A program made the position numbers and the translations under genes. The notes under the pieces were generated by a model that saw only the letters and a list, made by a program, of their open reading frames with translations, was not told the DNA's origin and did not search any database. From Fistulifera solaris (Eukaryota), in the NCBI GenBank assembly GCA_030295235.1, contig AP026155.1, positions 310,001-374,000 on the forward strand: a DNA stretch of 64,000 nt, given 5' to 3'. How positions within the stretch are numbered: position 1 is the stretch's first letter; each line of letters starts with the position of its first letter. Below, one piece after another: positions 49,050 to 62,365 of the stretch.

Positions 49050-50214
49050 TCACTCCACCATAGCCGACTCTTTGGCTTCTACTAATTTCGTGTTGCCATC
49101 CTTACGAATGCGATTGCGACTGAACATGGTCGTGTAGGGATCATATTCCTGACCTTCCTTAGCGATGCGATTGTAATGCTCTTGTAACGTAATGGTTCCG
49201 TACTTTTCCGAGGGATCTGTCGTGAGCATGTCTTCGACCGCATAGTATTTCCCAATGCGACCCGTTTCGGCCGCATTTTCCAATTTCTCGCTGCCCGTGA
49301 TGTCGGCTAAAAACTGCAACGTATTAATGACGACATCAAAGATCCATACGGGGGCAAACGCAAAATTGGGTTCCATCCCCGTCGCCTTGAACAGCATCTC
49401 ACCCTGCATTTTCATTGTCAAGGGTTCATCGGGGCCACCCAAATTGATGATGCGTTGGTGTCGGGTCTTGTCGGTGACACAATCTAGTAAGTAGGTCGCG
49501 AGATCAGATTCGGCAATGGGATTGCACCGGGTCACTTCTCCATCGCCAAAGGCCACATAGGGAGCCCCACTTTGGATGACTTCTAATTGACCGGACACGG
49601 ACTTGAAAAAGGCCGTCGGTCGCACAATGCTCCACGTCATGTCCGTTTGTTCCTGTAAGGCGGCTTCAAACTTGAGTTTGGCCTGTTGGAATTGCAACCA
49701 GGGATTTTTGACACAAAAGGCCGACAGGAGCACGAAATGGCCGGCCCCGACGGCCCGACCAGCTCTCCAAACAATTGAGCGTGGCTTGATAATCAATCAA
49801 ATAGGCGTCCTTCTTGATGCCGGAACGACTCGCGAGACAACTCACGATGGCATCAATTTTTTGGCGATCGGCGGTAATGTCGGCAAATACTTTTTGAAGA
49901 TCGGCTTCGTTGGTCACATCGCATTTGACAATTTCGGCGCCTTCAAAGAAAGGAGCAAAGGACACTTGTCCTTCTTTGGTTTCTAATTTTTGGGGATCTC
50001 TGACGAGAGCATATGTTTTGTATCCTTGACGAACCGCTTCGCGGACGCAAGATTTGCCAATGTAACCAGTGGCGCCCGCGATGATGGCGGTTTTCTCGGC
50101 CGCTAATTGCGTATTGAGACGATTGGTAGTTGTTGTTGTTGTTGTTGTTGTTGTGGGGGGAGCGAAACTCGCCGCCACCGACATAGAGAGAACAAACGTA
50201 ATCAATCGTAGCAT
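49050..50214 (-). CDS. DVR: 3,8-divinyl protochlorophyllide a 8-vinyl reductase (NADPH-type), one indel
   Basis: AAS-FAP presequence, [70 protein letters not shown]. Confidence 0.92.
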
Positions 50215-50625
50215 GATGGAAGAAGAAGAAGAGAAATACGAATGAATGATGCAAGCAATATCTCTTTCTACTGCCAAATGTAGTCGATGTTATGTTGCGA
50301 CGATGTGGAGTGCGGAGCGAAGAAAAAAAGGCGGGCCGGGCCGATCGATCGATCCAAAGTTCAACGTTCAACATGTCTCGTGTCTCAACCTATGTCGGAA
50401 AAATGACGCACTGGTAATGAGCTATCGATAAGAGTGTGAAGCGAACAAGGATGATTTTTACTTAAGTAACTAATGCGATGTGACATTATTCAATCGACAA
50501 GTTCTCCGTTTTTAGTTTTTGTTTCGGAGATGAAAATGACAAATAACTGAGATAAATGACAATAATGAACTTTACATTCTCATCACAAAAACAAACATGG
50601 CCACAATCACGCAGCGCACATCCCG

Positions 50626-53204
50626 ATGGAAACAAAAAGAAAATTACACGCACTTTTTGGCATGCTAGCACTGTTGGTGGTACTAATGCTGCTAAAGACT
50701 GACCCGGCGTCTCCTCGAATGATCCTTCTGTTGGAATATGAGGATACTACTAGAGTCACAGCCACAGAGCCCGTAACCGTAGAAAAGCCATCAAAAACAT
50801 CACCATCTGCTCCCCTATCAATCACCACATCATCGATTCTACAATACACGAATGCCGGAGTGGATGTCTCCGATCCGACCCTGTGGGATGGTGACGATTT
50901 ACACGGAGACAGTTCGACGGCCACCGTCATGGGGATGGCGACGGGCTATCCATTGAGCGTGTATCAACAATTTGTCGGATCGTTACGAAAAACGGGTTAC
51001 ACGGGTCATATCATTTTAGGAGTCGCCAGCGATACGAATCGGACGATTTTGGATTATCTCGTGTATCGCAATGTGACGGTGAAATTCATCCAACCGGGTC
51101 CTTGTACCTACGTCCAGCCCGCGGACGTCGCCGACGATATTTTCAAAAAGACGGTCTGTGATATACATTATCCTGACATCAAAGTGCGATGGAGTCGTTT
51201 TCCGTTGCAGGCGGATTGGTTGAAGGAGTGTTCGACGTGCACGGGTCCGGTATTGACAATGGATGTCCGTGATTCCATCTTTCAACAAGATCCGTTTGGT
51301 CCCGGTTCACCGGTCGTTCGAGGATTGCACGTCTTTGAAGAAGATCCCACCCAAACGACCTTGCATTGGTTGACCCGATGGCCTCTTCAGGAATGTCAGG
51401 GACTGACGTTCGAAAAAACCCATGTTGTGTTCCGGCACGACGATTGGGACACGCCGAGCGATGCTCAAGTATTTTGAAGTCATGTATGCGGAAATGAAAG
51501 TATGGATTGCCGATGAAAAATGTCGTTTCAACATTGATGGAGATGATCAAAGGTATGTGGTTGGCACTGTTCCTTCGTTGCTCTTTCGCTCGTGTTGGTC
51601 TTACTTCCATCCAACAAAGCATTCACAACTATCTATTCTACACCGGACAATTGCCGTTTGCACAAGCCATCAAAAATCGATCGGGTGGTATTGTGAATAC
51701 AGTAGGGAAAATCGGGGCCGATTTGCGCAAAAAGTACATCCAGTATTTACAAAATGTCCACCACCTTAGTCCCTCGGACGCCGCGAAACATCCTTACGAA
51801 GGTGCTTCGGAAACCACCTGGATTTCGGTGGCCTTTAATTTGACGAACGAAAAAGGTCAATTCATTGAATATGATGGTTCTGTATCTCGTGTCGTCCATC
51901 AAATTGACCGCTTTGGGGTTCCTTTCTTAATGTGGCTCGACCAACAAGCCTTTGTCAAAGATGACATTCCAATTCTCAATTTACAACTGGAAGGTAGTCA
52001 ACAAGAACCGTTGGATATAGAAAGAGAAGCGAGCTCACTTAGAAGAGTGACAGAGACGGGTGTTTCTATTTCAGATCCAAAGCTCTGGGAGGGCGAGGAT
52101 TTACAAGGAGATAGCTCTACGGCAACAGTGATGGGAATGGCAACTGGTTATCCGTTAAGTGTCTATCAGCGCTTTGTGGGTACACTTCGCAAGACTGGTT
52201 ATAAAGGTAGAATCATTCTGGGGGTGGCTTCGGATGCCTCGCCCGAAATACTCGACTATTTCAAGGCGCGCAATGTGACACCCAAAATCTTACACTGGTC
52301 GAATTGCACGTATCGGAAAATGGAGAGCCAGGAAGATATCTTTGGCAAGACTACTTGTGAAGAACACTATCCTGACATTAAGATCCGTTGGAGTCGCTTT
52401 CCGTTGCAGGCGGATTGGTTACGGGAATGTACCGAGTGCACGGGTCCTGTGTTGGTAACAGATGTTCGGGACACGTATTTTCAACAAGATCCTTTTGGCT
52501 ACGGATCTCCCCTCGTCAAAGGCCTACAAGTATTTGAAGAGCATCCTAGCCAAACAACGGATCACTGGATCACCGACGGTCCCATTTCCAAATGCAAAGG
52601 AATGAAGTTGCAGAATTTGCCTATGCTTTGCTCCGGTACTACCGTCGGCACACGGATCGCCATGTTAAAGTATCTGGAGATCATGTACGAAGAAATGAAA
52701 GGATGGATCTCGGACGAAAAGTGCCGTTTCGATATGGACGGCGATGATCAAAGGTAAGTCCTCGCGGTCGTTCCAATGCTTCGGCACTACAGGCTGACCA
52801 TGTTCTACCCAGCATTCACAATTACTTGTTCTACACGGGACAATTGCCTTTTGCTCAATCCATTGCGTTCCGCTGCGGTGGTATTGTAACGACAGTAGGT
52901 AAATTGGGAGCTATGGTCGTCAAAGCTCACGCGAGTCATTTACTGGAGACGCAAGGATGGGAGAAAGGGCGTGCCATGTGGCAGCCTTTTCCCCGGTGCG
53001 ACCTCCACCAACTGGGTGGGGGCCGCATACAACCTGACCGAGAACCTCACGGACGCGCAAGGATTTTTTCTCGAGCACGATGGGTCACGATCTCGAGTGA
53101 TTCATCAATGGGATCGATTTGGCCGACCACTGTTGAATCTCTGGATGGACAAGAATCCTTATTTTCAAGATGATGATGTTGCTGTTGTTGTCGGAAAAAG
53201 ATAG
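50626..53204 (+). CDS. Type II membrane protein with two tandem glycosyltransferase-like (GT-A, DVRD) domains
   Basis: TM anchor and two highly similar units ATVMGMATGYPLSVYQ.FVG.LRKTGY..DVRD..FQQDPFG..MLCSGTT.GTR..DDQSIHNYLFYTG. Introns 51553-51619 and 52754-52812. Confidence 0.7.
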
Positions 53205-53521
53205 TTCTAATTAGCTACCGGATCCGAGCAGTAAACGGATCTCCAGAAACCAAATGTTGAATTACGCAGTTAAATTGTTTATTAGCTTGAGAAGTTTATT
53301 TTATCGTTGATATGGATGGATAGCACATGAGACATGATCGTCTACATTAGTTTCGATGATGGTCTGTACCTGGTCCGGCTTCAACTGCGTTTTTGAACGA
53401 CAAAAACACGTTGCGCTTTTGGTGTGTCTTCTCCTATTATTTTTCGTCATTCCTATTATTTGTTTTCATGAGTCAAGTTCTCTTGAGGCTGATCCTATAA
53501 TATTCACAAAAGTCATTGATC

Positions 53522-54582
53522 ATGAGAAACCAAACAGGCGAAAAGGACGACTCTTCGCAAAGGCGCATATCATGCAGACGGAGGACGCTGGCAGTGATAG
53601 GTGCGCTACTCTCTCAATGCCAAGGCGAATCATCATCATCCTCCTCCTCCGGATTGTCAAAGGAACTTTCGCTCCCCAAAACGACCATCATTGCTCATGG
53701 AAATCATACTACTACTCCACATAAAAGCAGCAAGAAAAAGAAATCATCCAAGTCTTTCCAATCGAGTTCCCAACGACAAGGTGTTTTACGCATACAGCGA
53801 GAATGGCGGGACGCCATAAACAACGGCATGGCGTTTGATTGGATCCAAGGAACACCGCGTGGCAAGTCGACGGCAGCGTCGCATATATGGCTGGGTCCCT
53901 TGGGATCGTCTTTGTTGATTTGGCATTTTTCCATTACGGGAGTCCCCGGTTCCGTCTTTGAACACGGTGTGTATCATGGTCGCATTGTCTTGCCACCGGA
54001 TTATCCCAGTACACCACCCCGCGTCATGATGTTGACTCCATCGGGGCGATTCGTGCCCGGTGTGGATATTTGCCTGTCGGCTTCTCATTATCATCCCGAA
54101 ACATGGCAACCGAATGTATGGAATTTACGGACGTTGGTAGAGTCTTTGCGACTGCACATGTGCACGATGGCCAAGGAGATTGGTGGATTGAATGATTCGT
54201 ACGAGAAGCGATTGGTGTATGCACAAGCCAGTCGGAAATGGATGTATGTTATGGAACACAAGCAGCAACGACTTACCGTTGATCATGGTCAGATGATAGA
54301 AAGAGGTCTTTTCCAGGGACAGAACAACGAAATGTTACCCAAAGCGATGACGATAATGAGCTCGATATCACTGATATTCCAGAATTGGACATTGACGCGA
54401 AAGAAGAGTTCGATTTGATTTTGAAACAGCTCAATGGGAAGCCGGACCGACGTGAAAAGAAGGAGTATTTGGTGATCGATTCAAGTAAGAGTATTCTGCT
54501 TGTTATCCGAAAAACTCTTACCAGTCCGTTGCGGATGGGCGTATTGATTTTTTTCTTCATATTTTTCTATTTAAACCTGTAA
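53522..54582 (+). CDS. Ubc6/UBE2J-type ubiquitin-conjugating enzyme with N-terminal extension and C-terminal TM (indel)
   Basis: WHFSITG..FEHGVYHGRIVLPPDYPSTPP..LTPSGRF..ICLSASHYHPETWQP; C-terminal hydrophobic VLIFFFIFFYL. Confidence 0.85.
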
Positions 54583-55148
54583 GTGACGAGTTGTAAGACA
54601 TAGAAAATATGACGAATAGAACGAATAATCCACGGCATTGGGCCAGCTCGTGACCAGTAAAAGCCTAGACACTGGCGGAAGTGCAAAAGTCGTACGGTTC
54701 CTTTGCACAATGGAGTTGCATTTGATCGCAACTAAGAAACCGCGTTCACGGCTATGCTGCAGTCAGATTTGTTTCTGCATTGGCTTCTTGTTGTCGAATT
54801 AAGCTAGCATTGAGCTCAAGAAGGCCGGAACTTAAAAAGGTCATTAGCCAGTCGTGATTGTCGAGTCGCAGATAACTTGAAACATCACCGGAGTATCGGT
54901 TTAAAAGTAGTTTCCAAATGGGATCTATGAACTGTAGCCAAAAGTGTTGTAGCCATCACTTTTCCTCGCGCATGCCATCACCCATCACAAAAAAATGAAA
55001 AAGAACATCCGAAATCGGAAGAATCGCAAAGCATCCATCGTCTTCTGATTGATGTCTTTGGCAGCATTTTGAAGAATGCAATTGTCATTCTTATTATTTC
55101 TCTTGATCTCATAAACCAGGACTTCATCGTGAAGCAACCACATTCATC

Positions 55149-56058
55149 ATGAAACTTGCATTCATCGTCGTCACCTTCTCTGCGTGCTTCGCAGAAGCCT
55201 TCTTGGTTCAGGTCAAACCGATGCCAGCCATTGCCGAAATTGTCAAGTCACAAGAAGGAAAGCATCTCGAGTTCAGCCTCACCATCGATAAGGGTTCCAA
55301 AAAGACTGACCGGGCGACTTCTATGTCACTTCAAGGTCTCAAACTTACTCTAGGACACGAAAAATCAACGGCGACGCGTCTCCCGGGGGCGAATGGTCCT
55401 ACTCCTCAACTTTCCAGTGGAGTACAAAAGGCTGACATCGATGAACTGCCTTTCTTTGTCAACATGGACGGTACTCAGACTGTCACTGTAGAAGACGGAT
55501 GTTGGGAGATCGTTTGGAAAGATACAAGTCCTCACGGATTCTTGTTCTGTGGCTTGAATCTGCCCACAAAGGTAAGCGTTTGGTGATGTTTGTCGAGTAA
55601 TGACGCATGGATGGCTTCTTTGTTCACCATTCAATTTTGTCTTTACGAACTTTCAGGTAGCTCGAAACGGAGTTTCGCTACCTGTCGGGCATATCTACCT
55701 ATGTCATCACATCTGGTCGCGAGACACTCTACGAAATGCTCAAGAACGTCGACGAAAGGCTGAAGAAAAAGCAAACGAGTGCCTTTATCAGAGAAAAGAA
55801 GCCGTTCTTAGAATGCAAGGAACCAACAACTTGTTTGAAAAGGCCAAGTTGTACCGGATTGCTCTTGCCGCTCTCGAAGATTACTCGACATCTGGGGTGA
55901 CGATGTTGAACCATGTTCCATCCAGTGACGACGTAATTGATCTCGGCAATGATTTTGTCATGTCCAAGAAGGGAACAATACTCACCATGGGAAATGCATC
56001 TTTTCTAGAAGTCGACAAAAAGATTGTGGGAAGTACATTCCTTCGTATTCCGGTGTAG
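55149..56058 (+). CDS. Uncharacterised plastid-targeted protein, two exons
   Basis: MKLAFIVVTFSACFAEA-F presequence; intron 55572-55657 joins two ORFs; motifs LPGANGP.PQLSSG and GCWEIVW. Confidence 0.65.
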
Positions 56059-56340
56059 ACGTGTTCTTCGCGCTCGATGCCAATGGAACCCGCCATCTTG
56101 TCTTGTTCAAGTTTCATGTCTTTTAATAGTTCGCCCTTCGAGCGATCATCGACTCGTACAATCAACGAAACAGCATCCCACTTCTCATGATTTGTACGAA
56201 ACATCACGAGAATTACCACAGTCGATGTCAGTGTTCATCATCAACGCAACGTCTCTAGAGTCAATCGCACTTCACTTCACACATTGCTAGAAATAATTTA
56301 GCGTTGTTACTTACATTAACTCTCCCATCTTGTTAAATAG

Positions 56341-59300
56341 CTAACCATTAACTAATAGCATTCTCTCTTTCTCTTCAGCCGCCATCTTTTCGAACCTCTG
56401 TTTGACATTGACATCGCATTCCTTCCACATAGTAGCAATACGCTTCGAAGCCTCCCCGAAAGGAAGTTTCTCGCCAGTTTTTTCGTCGATCATCTGAGGA
56501 CGAACTTCTTTGCAAAAATATCATGTAGGCCGACGGAGATCTCACTGTTGCTAACTTCTTGCTTGCAAACTCTTCTGCTGCTGTACTTTTCAAGTGCACC
56601 TCATCTTGAGCGGTGTGCTTAATCTCGGCAGAGCTAGTGCCACGTCTGTTTCCTTTCGTCTGTAGCTGCAGCTCGCGGTCGTACCTCTTTTGTCTTCTTC
56701 CGCAAGCATTTCGTATTCCGAACGATCAAGCGTCGAGGCCCAAAGTCGCGCCAACTCTTTGGAAATTTCTCCAAGGTTACGACCATCTTTCGCGACTTCT
56801 GGTCGTTTCGCCGCACAAAAGTGCAAATATGCTGAAAGTGGCCGCTTTGGCCCTTCCTTAGCTCTCGTGGATGACATCGTCATTCTCCCTCTGGGTTGTG
56901 AACCCTTTGATTCATTTAAAATCTTTTGACAGTCTTGTTCCCATCGTGCTCTCGCTTGACTGTATTCTTCCTTTGCCGTAGCGGCAAGCTCCAGATATAT
57001 ATCTCTGTCGCTATCACCAAGCTCGGCCCACAATTTCGCCAGCTTTTTCGATATCTCACCAAGCTTTGGCGTCGTCTCGGCGACTTCTGGTCTCTTTGCT
57101 GCACAAAAATGTAAATAAGCGGATAAAGGTCGTTTCGGAGCTCTTGGCAGCACAATACCCTTTGTCTTGCTAGCTTTTAAAGATGTTCCTCCAGCACTTG
57201 GGCTATCCTTTTCTTTTATCAGATCCCACGCCAGTTCTAAAGGGATGTCCGAAGGATTTCCAGCATACTCAGCTGGTAGTTTGGCATTAACTTTTTCCAA
57301 TTCAGATAACTGCCGTAGCGTCCCTTTTTGACTGCAACAACGTGTCCGTCTTTTTCGCCAAGCTCTGCAATCACACCACGACTACTTTTCGCTTTTCCAT
57401 TTATAATACCGTCGGTTACGACTCGGATCGCAACGTCGGTATCGACGGAAAGTACGTCGCCATCTTTTGGATCTAGGGAGACGAAAGAGTTGTTATACTT
57501 GAGATAAGGTCCATACGGTCCTATTGATGCCGTAATGGGCAACTCCTCCAGTGTACACACGGTGCGGGGAAGGCTAACGTACCCCACCGCTTCTTCAAAG
57601 GTCAAACCAAGCATCTGGGCTAGATCTATACCTTCCGTGTCAGGATTCAAATCGTCCAAGTCGCGCATTATTGCTTTTTGCCGAGGAAGTGAGTGCGTTG
57701 AGGAGTCTTCATCGTCGCCCAATTGCAGATATGCGCCAAATCTGCCCGTTTTCAGGTAAATCGGTTTTTCGTTATCTGGATGGTTTCCAAGCAAAAGTCC
57801 ACCGTCCTGACGTGCTGACAGAAGCGCTTTAAGCACCGAAGGAGTGATTGTCGACAAATCTGCGGCCATTCCTGCCGGTAATGGCGCGGATGAAGGTTTG
57901 TCCAATCCATTTTGTGAAACGATTTGTACATACGGACCCCATGGTCCTACAAATAAGCCCACATCCTCTGTACCTTGCTCACCATTGTCATCAAGAAGAT
58001 TAGGTAAACGAGCTCTTCTTGCGTCATCCGCGGTCACCGTTTCATCGATCCGCTTGACTTGGGCGGCCAAACCCTTCTCACCGGCATAAAACTCATTGAG
58101 GTACTGTTTCCTATCTTCTTCCGAGTCAATCTCTCCTGAAGCGATCTGATCGAGCCGTTCTTCCATGCGCGCTGTAAAATCAGGATCGACATACGAAGGG
58201 CAGTGCTTTTCCAGAAGTGTGCACACAACAAAGGCTGTTAAGGACGGGACCATGGGACCTCGAGCACCGCCACCAGTGAACTCATCTCCTCCAGCTGCCC
58301 TTATCGCACTGATGGCTGGGCCGCTGACTGCCTTACGACTATTCCGAGGTGGCGAACTGGATGATGCAGGGCTGCCAACGTACGCACGATCACGCAAGAT
58401 TTGAATAGTACTCGCGTAAGTACTTGGGCGGCCGACACCAAGGGCCTCTAATTCCTTTACAAAGCTTGCTTCAGTATACCGTGGTGGAGGTTGAGTCTGA
58501 TGATTGGCAGCTGTCAAGTTGTGAGCTTGAATTTTTTGACCCCCTTGAATTGGAGGCAATTGACCGTAGTCATCGTCATTGTTGTCGTCGTCACGACCAT
58601 AGGCTCGAGTGAATCCAGGATCCAACACAACGCTCCCGCTGGCACGAAAGTTTACGGTCAAGCCGTCCTCCATGATACCTTCAATAATCGCAGTTGTCTG
58701 ATTGGTTACTAGCGGTGGCATTCGACATGCCAGCGTTCTCCGATAAATAACCCGATAGAGTGAACGTTCTACTTCCGGTAGAGATAAATCTAAAAGATCT
58801 GGCGCAATAAATCGTCCATCTGGTTGAATTGTGGGTCTGATCGCTTCGTGGGCTTCCTGAGCAAACTTTGAGTCCTTCTTCTTTTTCTTTACCGCCTTGT
58901 CGCTTTTTTGACAAATGCTGATCAGTACCAAATTCATGCACAACCGTTTCTTTGATAACTGACTCAACATCATCTGACAAGTGAGTAGAATCAGTGCGCA
59001 TGTAAGATATTAAACCTTGTTCGTATAAACGTTGGGCTGCCCGCATCGTCTGCTGCACAGATATTCCCAACCTTCTTACAGCGTCTTGTTGTAGTGTACT
59101 AGTTTTGTACGGCTCTGGCGGACTCGTCTGTCGGGGACGAGATTCGACCGTCTTAACTACCCATTCCGAGGCACCCATCCATTCATGAACCCAGCTACTG
59201 GCGTTATCGATGTCAAGATGTATCTTTGCCTCGTTTTCTAGATCTTTGCAGAATTCGCAACTGGTGTTTCGCCGATCGACACAAGTTTTGCGTTTATTTG

Positions 59301-60160
59301 ATTTTTACGCTCATCAATGAATACGCCTGAAATGGATGCGTAATCTATTGATTGAAACATCAATCGTTCTCGCTCGCGCTGAACCGTCAATGCCATCCCA
59401 ACGGATTGTACACGTCCAGCTGACAACCCAGGGGCGATCTTTTCCACAGTACTGGACTAACCGTGAAACCAGCGAGTCTGTCTAATATTCTACGGGTTTC
59501 TTGAGCGCGAACCAGGTGCGGATTGACATTTGTCGGCTTTTCTACTGCAGCAGCTATAGCGGTCGGCGTAATCTCCGTAAATGTTACTCGTTCCATTTGC
59601 ACATTCGGGTCAAGTACTTGTGTCAAATGCCACGCCATGGCTTCTCCCTCCCGATCAGGATCAGTGGCTAACAAAACCCTTTCTGCACTTGATGCGGCAG
59701 ATCGCAATTGCGAAACAATTTTCTCTTTGCCCGGAATCAAAACATAGGATGGTAAATAAGCTGCATTTCGCAAGTCAACCCCCGCCACCGGATACGGAAA
59801 ATCGCCTTGATCATCGTTGATCTTTTTCTGTGACAAATCGCGAATGTGTCCCATACAGGATAACACCTGATAATCAAACGACAAGCCTTTTTCTTCGACA
59901 TACTTTGACAAAATCTTAGCTATAGTATTGCATTTGCTGGGCGACTCCACAATGAGTAAACGGTACGGTCTCTCCTTTGATCGCACAGCGCTGCTACTTC
60001 TACGAGCGTTTGCAAACAGAATAGAGACTGTATTACTAGGCAACCGGTATGTCGTTCTAACGAAAAATGTTCTCGGCTGGTGAAAACTTGCTACCATGAC
60101 AACCGGATGCATCATCACGGTGAAGAAAAGGGCTAATGCTTGGGAAATAATGTAGGCCAT
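56341..60160 (-). CDS. topA: Organelle-targeted bacterial-type DNA topoisomerase I with Toprim_C repeats and three C-terminal HMG boxes (several indels)
   Basis: LLIVESPSK, GHIRDL, LATDPDREGEAMAWHL, SAGRVQS, catalytic LISYMRTDS, AQEAHEAIRPT, GVGRPSTYA, four G(R/P)(F/Y/W)GxY repeats, then PKRPLSAYLHFC twice and RSPSAYMIFC. Confidence 0.9.
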
Positions 60161-61189
60161 GGATGATTTAAGTCGAGTGTAACAGTTTAATTGTTCGAAT
60201 CAGGGATTGCCTTGGCTTTCAGTGATCTCATGGTAAAACTACTTGGGCTTCAAGAATGGAATGAGGAGAATAATAATGGTTATCGCATCGCAATTATTGC
60301 ATCCGAACGAACGAACGAGCGAGCGACGACAGGCGACGGGCCGCACGTCATTCTCACGTATCGACGGACAGAAACAGAAATTCTGTCAACCAAGTCGCTA
60401 CGTTTCGCAACAACAGAAGAGGAAGTATCTGGTAGAGCTAAGACGATAAACAGTCTAAGTTTTCCAAACAACAATATTATGAAGCCTTTACAAATCCGAC
60501 AAATGAACAAGGTGGAATCTCACTGGGTGATGGTTCCGCCGAGAATGTCACTTGCCATCGGACTAGGTCTTGTTTTATCTTGAAATTCTGAGCTCACGTA
60601 TGTGGCTCTAACATTCTTGTATCGCGTTGCTTGCAAACCTTTCACGCCTTCACGATCAACCCAAATCGTGCAAAGACCCTTGGGCCTCGCCCAAGAGGTT
60701 ACACTCCGGATGCTTCCGATTTGGGGATCGGAATTCGCATTAGGTCGTGCGGCCATATTGGCTGAGTCCCTAGTAGTCTGCCCGCTATCCGCATTTCCGT
60801 GACAGTCATCCGTTTCGAAAAGTCGATGCACATCAATAATATCTAGCTAGTCAAGAGACGTGTAACATATCTACCAAGTAAGGGCCTTTATTTTTTAGAA
60901 AGGCTGCTAGCCTACAGCGATGAGGATTCGGTGGTCCCATAGGTAATTGTAATAGGTCTTTATCACGATTTCTCAATTTTGCTTAGTTGCCCGCGAGATG
61001 AATTTCTCTAGAAGGATCGGTTCTCACTCCAGTTAAAAGTTGCCACCCAGTGGTATCGAGATCCTGTTTGGCGATTAAAAATACTCCCTGTCCCTGCTTA
61101 TCCGAACACTTTTACAATGACATCCAACTCTGTCTGAAATTAGCACTGCCAAAGATCATCGCGATTCAATCGATCTATCACCCAGAATG

Positions 61190-61795
61190 TCAAGCGAAAG
61201 CGTCACCGATTACCCTGAATTTCGTTTGCTTCTTTTTTGTTCGTCGAGGGACTGGGGTTGATTCCTCGTTTTGAGACTCTAATTCATCCGGGGCTCCTTC
61301 CTTTCGCTTCACACCTTTCGACTCCCTAGAATCCTCTCTCGAATCGACACCTCCTTCACCTCTATTGACACTGCTCCTTTTGCTGGTCTCTTTTTCGTCC
61401 GCTTGATCTTCGTTTTGCCTTTTCTTTTCCCGAGCGTTTTCCAAGCTCACATACGGTATAGATTTATACTTGGGTATTCCAACGCTACTACTCGACATCC
61501 ACTTGTAATCCGCCGGCATGCGCCGTACTTGCGTCACAGCAGCGGGTGCTTCGAGTCTCACATCCAAAAATGCATCCCAGCCTTTGAAAATGTTCGCGTG
61601 CGATGTGGTTTCCTCGAAATACGTTTCTTCTCCCTTGTGAATTTGTCGTTGAATTTCTTGGAGTGCCTTGCAAGTTTGGACCAGAGTACCTTCGATATCT
61701 TCCCCGCGTTTTGGCCACGACGGCTCCGAAATTTGGTGCGCACGGCGCAGGACTTTGGGAAGAATTTTCCCCGAACATGTGTTAATGCGAGACAT
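61190..61795 (-). CDS. EAF6: NuA4 histone acetyltransferase subunit Eaf6/MEAF6
   Basis: LQEIQRQIHKGEETYFEET..NIFKGWDAFL..KWMSSSS matches the Eaf6 signature; basic tail. Confidence 0.78.
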   Translation of the reverse strand: MSRINTCSGKILPKVLRRAHQISEPSWPKRGEDIEGTLVQTCKALQEIQRQIHKGEETYFEETTSHANIFKGWDAFLDVRLEAPAAVTQVRRMPADYKWMSSSSVGIPKYKSIPYVSLENAREKKRQNEDQADEKETSKRSSVNRGEGGVDSREDSRESKGVKRKEGAPDELESQNEESTPVPRRTKKKQTKFRVIGDAFA

Positions 61796-62365
61796 GAAAA
61801 ATGATGATTGTTCGTAGGAGATGATTTGCACTCTTTAGGTTGTGAGAACAGTACTACTGAACAGCTTATCACTTACTACTACTATCTGTGATCGGTGATA
61901 ACTTGTTATGAAAACGACATGATGCTCTTCAGATCCAGCGCATCGCGAGTCGCGAGTCGCGAGCAAAATTGCATGTGCGGGCATGAGCCGCGGAGGGAGA
62001 GGGAGAAAGTAGCACCTCCAGGCCTCCGGGATTTATTGCTCGTTCGTCGTCCGAGATGTTCAGCTTCCACGTAGAGATTCTTGCTGCATGGCTGCTGTCG
62101 ACAGAAGACAGGCTAACTTTGACCTTATCGGAGAATGTAAAATGATGAGAATGCGCATCGAAGTTCAAGTGGAAGTTCTTTTCCTCCGTTTGTGGCGTCA
62201 AACGTGATGTTGATGATTGATGATTGATCGCATCGAAGTCGAAGGTGGACTGTGACAATCCTATCGATAGGAAGAGCATCGCTGAACAGAGAAGTGAAGA
62301 TATTTCTCGATAGAGAGCTGGCAATCGCATAGAATAATTACTTGTCTGAAACCATAGAACTTAGA

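Noticed and set aside
60191..61050. Short ORFs between topA and EAF6
   Set aside because: No recognisable motif or consistent exon structure, so they cannot be supported as a gene.
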